NCBI GenBank assembly: GCA_030689665.1
Contig: JAUYFS010000014.1
Location: 1-52,590, forward strand
Direction of reading: 5' to 3'
DNA from: a bacterium
GTDB taxonomy: Bacteria; Patescibacteriota; Minisyncoccia; Minisyncoccales; JAUYFS01
DNA: 52,590 nt
Shown: piece after piece, positions 26,080 to 34,454 of the stretch
Numbering within the stretch: the stretch's first letter is position 1
Layout of the letters: every line of letters starts with the position of its first letter
Program-made: the position numbers and the translations under genes
The notes under the pieces: generated by a model
Told to the model about the DNA's origin: nothing
Databases searched by the model: none
Seen by the model: the letters and a program-made list of their open reading frames with translations, nothing else

Positions 26080-26367
26080 ATGTCATTTTTTTCTCAAAAA
26101 ATAAAGAAACAGGAAGAAACCCAGATAATAACGACTGGTCTAAAGGTAGAAGATTTAATAAAAAAAAATGTTCTCGAAGAACTTAAAAATAAGTTTAGTG
26201 GAAATGAAAGAATAGATACAACTGCAGTTGTATTTCATGTTATGTCTAAAGATGATAAAAACATAGCGTCAATCGTAATAGACCACAAGTCTCCAAAACA
26301 GCTAAAAGATGGGGTTGCCATTATAACTTCAAGTAAAAGCGAGGCGTTGAAAAGGTTTATAAAATAA
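26080..26367 (+). CDS. Hypothetical small protein (95 aa)
   Basis: An ORF with a plausible upstream promoter (TTGACA near 26007). I recognised no family. Confidence 0.4.
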   Translation: MSFFSQKIKKQEETQIITTGLKVEDLIKKNVLEELKNKFSGNERIDTTAVVFHVMSKDDKNIASIVIDHKSPKQLKDGVAIITSSKSEALKRFIK

Positions 26368-26381
26368 TATTTTAAAAACAT

Positions 26382-26732
26382 ATGGAAAAATCAACGGGAA
26401 ATGCAACAATTTATGAAGAAACATCTGAGGGATTTAGAGTAGACACCAATGAATTATTTTCTAATGTTACTATAACTAGGTGGGAATATGAGTCGCTAAG
26501 GAACGAAATTGATGCACTTCAAAAATCATTAAGATTAAAAGAGTGTAATTTTCGAGAAATAAGTGATGCCCAAGCCAGAAAAGACATACACCAGTTTATT
26601 ATTCAAAAGAAGAAAGAGGGTCTTAAGTCAATAAGGACAATCAATATAGTCTCTTCATTGGGTTTGCCCGCTAATCAAGTTGAAGAGATAATAAATAAAC
26701 TTATTAAGAGAAAAAAAATAGTTGAAGTATGA
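26382..26732 (+). CDS. Hypothetical protein with a C-terminal winged-helix-like segment (116 aa)
   Basis: The C-terminal DIHQFIIQKKKEGLKSIRTINIVSSLGLPANQVEEIINKLIKRKKIVE looks like a wHTH. The stop overlaps the next start (ATGA). Confidence 0.4.
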   Translation: MEKSTGNATIYEETSEGFRVDTNELFSNVTITRWEYESLRNEIDALQKSLRLKECNFREISDAQARKDIHQFIIQKKKEGLKSIRTINIVSSLGLPANQVEEIINKLIKRKKIVEV

Positions 26733-26947
26733 GCGCCTACTTTCCACTTACTAACCATGGTTGGTTTAAATTAGAATCTATTTTGGGAGACAAAGTTATA
26801 ATTCATGCGGTTAGGATAGAAAAAACCAAAGGAAGGATTACTAGTCATCACAAAAATCATAAAGTAGAAGAAGCTAAGGCAACCGGAAGCGTCGAAATTA
26901 CGTCTAGAATTTTTTTACAAGAGTTGGATATAACAAAATACTCATGA
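26729..26947 (+). CDS. Hypothetical small protein (72 aa), translationally coupled to the preceding ORF
   Basis: 4-nt ATGA overlap with 26382-26732. I recognised no family. Confidence 0.35.
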   Translation: MSAYFPLTNHGWFKLESILGDKVIIHAVRIEKTKGRITSHHKNHKVEEAKATGSVEITSRIFLQELDITKYS

Positions 26948-27118
26948 AGAAATCCCTGCAAAAACAGGCATTTTTTGACTTTCTAAACCTTACTATCTGC
27001 AAAGGCGAGAAAACAACACCTCAAACTAGGTTTGCATCAAAAGAGGACGGGTTTTATTAGACCTTGATTTTATTTTTTTAAAATTTTAATATTAATAAAG
27101 GTGCAAATTTTAAATTTT

Positions 27119-27168
27119 TCCCGCCACATATATTTTATTTTAGTAGGCGGGATCCCGACAAGTCGGGA
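27119..27168 (+). repeat. REP-like double hairpin (CCCGCC...GGCGGG followed by TCCCGAC-AA-GTCGGGA)
   Basis: TCCCGCC (27119-27125) pairs with GGCGGGA (27146-27152). TCCCGAC (27153-27159) pairs with GTCGGGA (27162-27168). It shares TTAGTAGGCGGGA with the copy at 39993-40006. Confidence 0.8.
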
Positions 27169-27188
27169 CAAATAATTAATTTTTAAAT

Positions 27189-28889
27189 ATGAAAACCAAT
27201 AAAAACCTGTTAGCTGCAATTTTAGTTATTTCAATTTTTGCTTTAACGCCAGCCGCAACCACAAAGGCGGTTAGCGTAAAGGATTTGGTCTCAAAATTAT
27301 ATTTAATTCAAAAACAGCTTGATGCTTTAAGCCAACAAGCATCCAGTTATTATGCCCAGCAAGCCGCTGTTGTTCAAAAAGCGCAAGAGGAGGCGGTTGA
27401 AAAAGCCAAACAAACAAGCGCTGGCGATGGCAAAACAACTGTTCAAGAAAATTCAGAATCAGTTGAAAAAAAATCTGACACAGGAGAAGAAAAAACAACA
27501 ATTGATTACGGCGAAGTGGCAAGGCTTCAGAATATGGTTGATTTGGGTTATCAAAATTGGAGATTGGTGCCAGGGCTGGTTTTAAAAAATGAGGGATTGA
27601 ATTACAGATTTTTAAAAGAAGAACTTGAAACCGCCAAACAAATTTCTTATTTTTCAAATATCGGGGTTGCGAAATACAGCGCGATTCACGACTCAAAAAT
27701 GTGGACCATTACTTTGATTCAGCCGACAATAGGGGTGGGAAAAATTTGGACTGTTTCCGAGACCAAAATAACTGACGACTTAAAAACCGCTCCTTGCGGC
27801 AATTACGGGGATTTAAACAACGATAAGTTTTTAACTCAGGAAGACGCGGATATTTTATTGAACTATATTTATCTGGGCGGTTCATTAACCAATGAACAAA
27901 CAATAAACGGCGATATAAACAATGACGGAAAAATAGATTTGTTTGATTCAATTTATTTAAAGAAATTTTTAGACGGAAAAGTTTCCAAATTCCCGGTTTG
28001 TTTCGGAGATTTTAGCGTTGTTTTGCCGGAAGAAAAAGAAACATTAATCAATGGCAGCAGTTATACGATAAAATGGACAATACCCAAGGGCGTTGAATCA
28101 TATTTGATTGATTTTTCCATAAAAGACAGCAAAAAAGAATATCCGGTTGATAAAATTTATGTTAATCCTTTTTCAGAATATGACGAAAACGGGGTGATTG
28201 TTATTGGCTATAATTGGCAAATCAAGGAAAAAATTGGAACTGATTACAAAATAAAACTGGATGTCAAAAATTTTGACGATGAAGTTTTACTCACGGCTGA
28301 AAGTAAAAAGAGTTTTAAAATTGAGAACATTTCCAGCGATAAAAAATTTCCACCATGCGGGAATTACGGGGATTTAACCTATAACGGCTACATTGACTTT
28401 TTAGACGCTGCTTTAATTAGGAACTATGTTAAAAAAATCGGCTATTTGTCCCAAAAACAAAAGGGAATTTCTGATTTAAACAATAACGGCAGAATAGATG
28501 CCGGGGACGCAAATGTAATTGATTTTTATCTTCAGGGAAAAATTTCCAGTTTTTTGACTTGTTCAAGCAAAACGACAAAACTCGATTTAAGCGTGGAAAA
28601 AGTTTCTTTTAGCGACGAGGGAATGGCTGTTATTGAACTGAAAAATTCAGCCAGCGTTAAAATAGGAAATAACGAAATTATTACTGGATGGATTTACAAA
28701 GACAACATTTTTGCCAAAGAATTTTCAGTTACAGGAATTGATTTTTCAAAAAGCGGGAAAGCAACTATCCAAGAAAATATTGGCGAAGTTGCGGAAAAAA
28801 TTCTTGTTTTGATTGACCCTTTGAATTCAATAGCTGAAGAATCGGAAAATAACAATTATTTTGTTTTTGAGAAAAAAACAACTAAATAA
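27189..28889 (+). CDS. Secreted multidomain protein with two Cys-bracketed dockerin-type (EF-hand-like) modules
   Basis: Signal peptide MKTNKNLLAAILVISIFALTPAATTKA. The dockerin repeats GDLNNDKFLTQEDAD...GDINNDGKIDLFDS span nt 27792-28001. GDLTYNGYIDFLDAA...SDLNNNGRIDAGDAN span nt 28353-28562. Each starts PCGNYGDL and ends at a Cys. Confidence 0.75.
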   Translation: MKTNKNLLAAILVISIFALTPAATTKAVSVKDLVSKLYLIQKQLDALSQQASSYYAQQAAVVQKAQEEAVEKAKQTSAGDGKTTVQENSESVEKKSDTGEEKTTIDYGEVARLQNMVDLGYQNWRLVPGLVLKNEGLNYRFLKEELETAKQISYFSNIGVAKYSAIHDSKMWTITLIQPTIGVGKIWTVSETKITDDLKTAPCGNYGDLNNDKFLTQEDADILLNYIYLGGSLTNEQTINGDINNDGKIDLFDSIYLKKFLDGKVSKFPVCFGDFSVVLPEEKETLINGSSYTIKWTIPKGVESYLIDFSIKDSKKEYPVDKIYVNPFSEYDENGVIVIGYNWQIKEKIGTDYKIKLDVKNFDDEVLLTAESKKSFKIENISSDKKFPPCGNYGDLTYNGYIDFLDAALIRNYVKKIGYLSQKQKGISDLNNNGRIDAGDANVIDFYLQGKISSFLTCSSKTTKLDLSVEKVSFSDEGMAVIELKNSASVKIGNNEIITGWIYKDNIFAKEFSVTGIDFSKSGKATIQENIGEVAEKILVLIDPLNSIAEESENNNYFVFEKKTTK

Positions 28890-28898
28890 AGCCTAAAA

Positions 28899-29633
28899 AT
28901 GGATGGAAAAATTCATCTGTCAGTGATAATTCCCGCTTATAACGAACAAGAAACCTTGCCTGCCACGCTTGCGAGCGTTAGCGATTATTTAAAAAAGCAA
29001 AATTTCAGCTATGAAATTATTGTTATTAATGATGCTTCCAAAGATAGAACTGCAGCAGTTGTCGGAGAATTGCTGGGGAAAATTGCCAACTTAAAATTGA
29101 TTGATGAAAAAATCAATAGAGGGAAGGGCAGTTCAGTAAAAAAGGGAATATTAGAAGCAAGTGGAGATTTTCGTTTGTTTATGGATGCTGATAATGCGAC
29201 AACAATAGACCAGGTTGAAGGAATGTGGCCTGAATTTGAAAAAGGAGCTGATGTTGTCATTGGTTCGCGCGACATAGAAGGCGCTGATATTGTCGTTGCC
29301 CAGCCCTGGTGGAGAATTTTAATGGGCAATATTTTTAATTTAATTGTCCAGATAATTGTCGGGTTGTGGGGCATAAAAGACACTCAGTGCGGATTTAAAG
29401 GATTTAGGGCGGCAGTGGCTGAGGATATTTTTAGCAGATGCAAAATAGACAGATGGGCTTTTGATGTTGAGGTTTTGTTAATCGCGAAAAAATTCGGGTA
29501 CAAAATAAAAGAAATTCCAGTAAGGTGGGTTAATAATCCCAACAGCAAGGTAAGTTTTAAGGGTATGGTAAAAATGCTCCTTGAGGTTTTAAAAATCAGA
29601 TGGAACGCAATTAAAGGAGCTTATGGGCGATAA
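28899..29633 (+). CDS. Family-2 glycosyltransferase (polyprenyl-phosphate hexosyltransferase-like)
   Basis: LSVIIPAYNEQETL, EIIVINDASKDRT, and the FMDADNAT DxD motif. Confidence 0.8.
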   Translation: MDGKIHLSVIIPAYNEQETLPATLASVSDYLKKQNFSYEIIVINDASKDRTAAVVGELLGKIANLKLIDEKINRGKGSSVKKGILEASGDFRLFMDADNATTIDQVEGMWPEFEKGADVVIGSRDIEGADIVVAQPWWRILMGNIFNLIVQIIVGLWGIKDTQCGFKGFRAAVAEDIFSRCKIDRWAFDVEVLLIAKKFGYKIKEIPVRWVNNPNSKVSFKGMVKMLLEVLKIRWNAIKGAYGR

Positions 29634-30672
29634 TTTTTTTATGGCGAAAAAAAATTTTGCCAAATTTCCTTCAGAACTAAGGCAAGAGCCAATTTCTCAA
29701 AAATGGGTTGTTATTGCCACTGGCAGGGGCAAAAGGCCTGAAATGTTCAAAAAAGACAAGAAAAATTCCACAGAAGACAACTCAAGGGATTGTCCTTTTT
29801 GCGATATTTCCACGCAGGAAAAACCAGTCCTGATTTTATATAAAGGCAAAGAAATACGACCTAGCAATAATCCAAAAAACTGGACAACAATTGTTTTCCC
29901 AAACAAATTTCCAGCGTTTTTGGTTTCAGACAAACTTGAAGAAAAAAAAGTTGGGCCTTACACAAGGATTAACGGCGCTGGCTATCACGAAGTTGTTGCG
30001 ACCAGAGACCACAAAAAATCCATGGGCCAGTTTTCCGCTTCTCAAATTAAAGAAGTAATTGATGTCTATCAAAAAAGATATTTAGACCTTGCTGACGAGA
30101 AATTTGTAAATTATATTCATATTTTTCATAATCACGGACATACTGCCGGCGCTTCAATAAGTCATCCTCATTCTCAAATTATTACAACCCCGGTTTCAGA
30201 GCCTGAACTTCATCTGGTTTTAAAAAGATTAGAAAATTATTATCAAGAAAATAAAAAATGCCTTTATTGTGAGATTTTGGAATGGGAAAGAAAAGAGAAA
30301 AAAAGAATAGTTTTTGAGAACAAGGAATTTGTTGTTTTGTGCCCCTATGCTTCAAGGAGCGCCTTTGAAACGAGAATATATCCCAAGAATCACGAGCCCT
30401 ATTTTGAAAGAATAACCGAAAAATCAAAAAATTATTTGGCGCAAGCGTTTAAAACGACGCTTTATAAAATTTATAAAGGATTGAATAACCCTGATTATAA
30501 TTTTTTTCTGCACACAGCGCCTTGCGACGAAAAAGAGTATCAATATTACCACTGGCATTTTGAGTTTTTTCCAAAAACATCAATTTCCGCCGGTTTTGAA
30601 CTTGGCGCCAAAATTCATGTTTCCAGCATAGAGCCGGAAAAAGCTGCGGAATTTTTAAGAAAAATAAAGTGA
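29623..30672 (+). CDS. galT: Galactose-1-phosphate uridylyltransferase-like (GalT/HIT family) nucleotidyltransferase
   Basis: CPFC zinc motif and SHPHSQI active-site His-Pro-His. The start could instead be ATG 29641. Confidence 0.75.
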   Translation: MGDNFFMAKKNFAKFPSELRQEPISQKWVVIATGRGKRPEMFKKDKKNSTEDNSRDCPFCDISTQEKPVLILYKGKEIRPSNNPKNWTTIVFPNKFPAFLVSDKLEEKKVGPYTRINGAGYHEVVATRDHKKSMGQFSASQIKEVIDVYQKRYLDLADEKFVNYIHIFHNHGHTAGASISHPHSQIITTPVSEPELHLVLKRLENYYQENKKCLYCEILEWERKEKKRIVFENKEFVVLCPYASRSAFETRIYPKNHEPYFERITEKSKNYLAQAFKTTLYKIYKGLNNPDYNFFLHTAPCDEKEYQYYHWHFEFFPKTSISAGFELGAKIHVSSIEPEKAAEFLRKIK

Positions 30673-31400
30673 AACAAATAATCGCAAACTGGAAAAATTA
30701 CCCCAAAAGTTTCAAAGAGGTTTTCGGATTGGCGGAAAAAATTGAAAGAAAATTGAAAGAGATTAACAACGACATTAATTTTGTTTTGTGTCCGCCAGGC
30801 GTTTTTATCAGGGATTTGGCAAAAGAATTTCCCAAAATAAATTTTGGCTCCCAAAATTTATTTTGGGAAGAAAAAAAAATCTGCACTGGAGAAATTTCCG
30901 GAAAAATGCTCAAGGATTTGGGCTGTAAATTTGCCATTGTCGGGCATTCGGAAAGAAGAAATTTTTTCAAAGAAAGCGACGAAATTATCAATAAAAAAAT
31001 AAAAATCTGCTTATCAAACAAAATTATTCCGATTTTCTGCGTTGGAGAGACATTTGAGGAAAATAAAAATCAGCAGACATTTTCAGTTCTAAAAAAACAA
31101 ATTGAAAGCGGTTTGAAAAACATCAATTTAAAAAATAAAGAAATTTTTATTGCCTATGAGCCAATTTGGTCAATAGGAACCGGAAAAGTCGCCCAAATAG
31201 AGGTTTTGAAAAATATAAGAGATTATTTAAAAGATATTGCCAATTTAAAAGGTTTCAATAAAGTAAAAATCATTTATGGCGGCAGCGTTGACGCCAAAAA
31301 TGTCGCCCAGATTTTAAACCAAGCTGGTTTTGACGGATTATTAATAGGCAAAAACTCTTTTAATTTTAAAGAGCTGGAAAAAATTTTAAATAACATTTAA
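30669..31400 (+). CDS. tpiA: Triosephosphate isomerase
   Basis: ANWKNY, VGHSERR, YEPIWSIGTG, YGGSV. Confidence 0.93.
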   Translation: MKQIIANWKNYPKSFKEVFGLAEKIERKLKEINNDINFVLCPPGVFIRDLAKEFPKINFGSQNLFWEEKKICTGEISGKMLKDLGCKFAIVGHSERRNFFKESDEIINKKIKICLSNKIIPIFCVGETFEENKNQQTFSVLKKQIESGLKNINLKNKEIFIAYEPIWSIGTGKVAQIEVLKNIRDYLKDIANLKGFNKVKIIYGGSVDAKNVAQILNQAGFDGLLIGKNSFNFKELEKILNNI

Positions 31401-31407
31401 AATAAAA

Positions 31408-31463
31408 GCATGAAGCATGAAGCATGAAACATGAAACATGGAGCATGAAACATAAAACATAAA
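31408..31463. repeat. Eight GCATGAA/ACATGAA/ACATAAA heptads, the reverse-complement orientation of the 8616-8671 array
   Basis: gcatgaa x3, acatgaa, acatgga, gcatgaa, acataaa x2, in an unbroken 7-nt register. Looser TCAATTT-type heptads follow to about 31491. Confidence 0.8.
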
Positions 31464-31563
31464 ATAATTTTCAATTTCTAATTTTCAATTTTAATTAAAT
31501 TTTCAATGAATTAATTTTCAAACAAAATAAAAAGCTTAAAAATTAAAAATTAAATATAAATAT

Positions 31564-32328
31564 ATGCAATTCTTTAAATCTCCAATTACTGGTTTTGTTC
31601 TCGGAACAACAATATCAATATGTCTATTGAGCGTATCCATATTGTTTGCCTGGACTGAACCAACATTGAACCCTCCTCAAGGCAATATTTCTGGTCCAAT
31701 CAATATCTCAAACACAGGACAATCAAAGGCAGGAGGATTAATACTTAATACCGGAGGAGCCGCTGTCGGCCTTGTTGTTGATAAAGGCAATGTGGGTATA
31801 GGGACGGCTAATCCAAAAAACAAACTGGAAGTGACTGGAATAGGCAATGTTGTATTTAACACTTCTGGTAATGTGGGGATCGGAGTAATGAGTCCTGGCT
31901 ACAAGCTTCATGTCAGCGACGCCATACATGCATCGGGCGATATTAAAACAGATAAAGATGTTTGCACCAATTTAGGATGTCTGAATGAGTTAATCGCTAT
32001 CGTTAATCCCTGGCTTGTTAACGGCATTCATAGAGCCAGCCAGTGTTCTGCTATTGGCGGTAATGTTGTGTATGTGTCCCCGGGTATGGCGGTTTGTCAA
32101 TATCCTTCATCAAGTTGTCCATCTGGATGGAGGTCATACTTGAATTGGAGTACAACACAATCGGTTCCATACTACTTTCATGACAGCCGGCGGGGACCCT
32201 GGTGGACCTGTCCGGGTGTAGCTGGGCATGTATGGTCAAATAATGCTGTTGAATGCGAGCCGACAACTCCCAGTGATCCTCCGAGATGCGGAAGGTGTTG
32301 TCCGATTGTCCAAATCGGCTGCTATTAA
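31564..32328 (+). CDS. Membrane-anchored or secreted protein: N-terminal TM plus FAWTEP motif, GNVGIG repeats, Cys-rich C-terminal domain
   Basis: MQFFKSPITGFVLGTTISICLLSVSILFAWTEPTLNPPQGN; GNVGIGTANPKNKLEV and GNVGIGVMSPGYKLHV. The last ~120 aa are Cys-rich and noticeably more GC-rich. Confidence 0.6.
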   Translation: MQFFKSPITGFVLGTTISICLLSVSILFAWTEPTLNPPQGNISGPINISNTGQSKAGGLILNTGGAAVGLVVDKGNVGIGTANPKNKLEVTGIGNVVFNTSGNVGIGVMSPGYKLHVSDAIHASGDIKTDKDVCTNLGCLNELIAIVNPWLVNGIHRASQCSAIGGNVVYVSPGMAVCQYPSSSCPSGWRSYLNWSTTQSVPYYFHDSRRGPWWTCPGVAGHVWSNNAVECEPTTPSDPPRCGRCCPIVQIGCY

Positions 32329-32333
32329 TTTTT

Positions 32334-32531
32334 ATGAAAACAAAAATATCTCAAAATCTAGTACTCGTTTTCAGCATTATAGCAACCATATTCATTGTTA
32401 ATTTTCTTGTTTTCGCCTGGACAGAACCTATCTCCAGTCCGCCCAGCAATAGAAGGGAAAATGGGGTCAACTCTATTTTTTCGGTAAATGGGGTTTTGCC
32501 CTTGCTTTTCATCTTAAAAATTCGCTGTTGA
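32334..32531 (+). CDS. Short paralogous fragment carrying the same TM plus FAWTEP leader (possible pseudogene remnant)
   Basis: MKTKISQNLVLVFSIIATIFIVNFLVFAWTEPISSPPSN, then an unrelated short tail. I chose ATG 32334 rather than 32286, which overlaps the previous gene. Confidence 0.4.
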   Translation: MKTKISQNLVLVFSIIATIFIVNFLVFAWTEPISSPPSNRRENGVNSIFSVNGVLPLLFILKIRC

Positions 32532-32557
32532 ACATCGGGTGTCCAACAGCGTTATTT

Positions 32558-32580
32558 ACAACTCATCAGAGTTGTTTTTT
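32558..32580 (+). terminator. Rho-independent terminator
   Basis: ACAACTC-ATCA-GAGTTGT followed by TTTTT. It is preceded by a second hairpin, CGCTGTTGAACA...TGTCCAACAGCG (32523-32551). Confidence 0.7.
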
Positions 32581-32630
32581 AATTAAGGTTTTGCTATTTT
32601 GAAGTAATTGAGATTTTTGATTTGATTATT

Positions 32631-34454
32631 ATGCTATCTTCGGAAATTAGAGAAAAATTTAAAAAATTTTTTGAGAAAAGAGGGCATAAAATTATTCCTT
32701 CTTCGTCTTTAATACCAGCAGATGAAACGGTTCTTTTGAATTCCGCCGGAATGCAGCAATTTGTAAAATATTTTACCGGAGAAAAAGATATTTTAGAAGA
32801 TTTTGGAAACAGGCATTTAATTTCCATGCAAAAATGTTTTAGAACAGGTGATATTGAAGAAATTGGCGATGATACCCACAACACTTTTTTTGAAATGTTT
32901 GGAAATTGGTCAATTGGGATAGATGAAAAAACAGGTTATTTTAAAGAAGGAGCCATAAAATTAGCGCTTGAATTTTTTGTGGAAACAATGGGTTTGGACA
33001 AAAAAAAGTTTTGCGTAACTATTTTTAAGGGCGAGAATGAAATTCCAAGAGACAATGAGTCCTTTGAAATTTGGCAAAAAAACGGCATTCCCAAAGAAAG
33101 AATCAGGGAATTTGGAGCCAAAGACAATTTTTGGGGACCAACAGCTTTGACAGGCCCTTGCGGCCCTTGTTCGGAAATTCACTATGACAGGGGCGAAAAA
33201 TTTGGCTGCAACGCTCAAAATTGCGGCCCTAATTGCGAAAAATGCAAAAGATTTGTGGAGATTTGGAACCTGGTTTTTATGGAATATTATAAAAACGCAG
33301 ACGGTTCCTATAAAAAACTTCCGCAGACAAATGTAGATACTGGTTTTGGTTTTGAGCGACTGACAGCAATAATGCAAGACAAAAGTTCTGCTTATGAAAC
33401 AGATTTGTTTTATCCGATTATCCAAAAATTAGAAAAGATTTCCAACAAAAATTATAATGATTTTAAAAAAGAATTCAGAATTATTTGCGACCATTTAAAA
33501 GGTTCAATTTTTTTGATTGCTGATGGGGTTGAGCCGAGCAACATCGGCAGAGGATATGTTTTAAGGAGAATTTTAAGAAGAGCAATAGGAATCGCGTTTA
33601 GATTCGGATTTTCTGAAAATTGGTATCAGGACTTAATAAAAATTTTTCAGGACATTTACAGCGAGTTTTATAATGAAATAAACAATCCAAAAATAAAAGA
33701 AATTATCAAACAAGAAGAGAATAAATTTTTAAAAACCATTGAAAATGGGCTAAAAGAATTTGAAAAAATAATAGCGAATGGAATTCGATATATCAGTTTA
33801 CCAACTGCTATAAAGAACGAAAAAAATATCAGCGCGGAAAGTTCATTTTACCTTTACCAGACATATGGTTTTCCGGTTGATTTTATGAAAGATTTGTGCG
33901 CTGAAAAGAATATCGGATTTGATGAAAAAGGATTTAAAGAAGAATTTAAAAAGCATCAGGATATTTCCCGCGCAGGAGCTGAAAAAAAATTCGGAGGGCT
34001 GGGAAAAACAGCTGATTACAAAGCAGTGAAATTGCACACAGCAACTCATTTATTGCACTGGGCGCTAAGGGAGATTTTGGGAAAAACAGCGCAACAAATG
34101 GGTTCTGATATTACCAACGAACGCCTGAGGTTTGATTTTGCTTATCCAAGAAAAATAACCAAACAAGGACTGGAAAAAATTGAGGATTTAGTTAATAATA
34201 AGATAAGGCAGGGCCTGGATGTTAGAAAACAAGAAACAACCTATAAAAAGGCGATTGAATCAGGCGCCTTGGGATTTTTTAAAAACAAGTATCCGGAAAT
34301 TGTAAATGTTTATACAGTCGGCGATTTTTCAAAAGAAATTTGCGCCGGTCCGCATATTTCAAACACAGCGGAATTGGGGAATTTCAAAATTTTAAAAGAG
34401 GAATCATCAAGCGCTGGAGTAAGAAGAATTAAAGCAATATTAAATGAATTTTGA
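32631..34454 (+). CDS. alaS: Alanyl-tRNA synthetase, short form (catalytic plus editing domains, no C-Ala domain)
   Basis: MLSSEIREKFKKFFEKRGHKIIPSSSLIP, the editing-site HTATHLLHWAL and CAGPH. It is ~607 aa, against ~870 aa for canonical AlaRS. Confidence 0.9.
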   Translation: MLSSEIREKFKKFFEKRGHKIIPSSSLIPADETVLLNSAGMQQFVKYFTGEKDILEDFGNRHLISMQKCFRTGDIEEIGDDTHNTFFEMFGNWSIGIDEKTGYFKEGAIKLALEFFVETMGLDKKKFCVTIFKGENEIPRDNESFEIWQKNGIPKERIREFGAKDNFWGPTALTGPCGPCSEIHYDRGEKFGCNAQNCGPNCEKCKRFVEIWNLVFMEYYKNADGSYKKLPQTNVDTGFGFERLTAIMQDKSSAYETDLFYPIIQKLEKISNKNYNDFKKEFRIICDHLKGSIFLIADGVEPSNIGRGYVLRRILRRAIGIAFRFGFSENWYQDLIKIFQDIYSEFYNEINNPKIKEIIKQEENKFLKTIENGLKEFEKIIANGIRYISLPTAIKNEKNISAESSFYLYQTYGFPVDFMKDLCAEKNIGFDEKGFKEEFKKHQDISRAGAEKKFGGLGKTADYKAVKLHTATHLLHWALREILGKTAQQMGSDITNERLRFDFAYPRKITKQGLEKIEDLVNNKIRQGLDVRKQETTYKKAIESGALGFFKNKYPEIVNVYTVGDFSKEICAGPHISNTAELGNFKILKEESSSAGVRRIKAILNEF

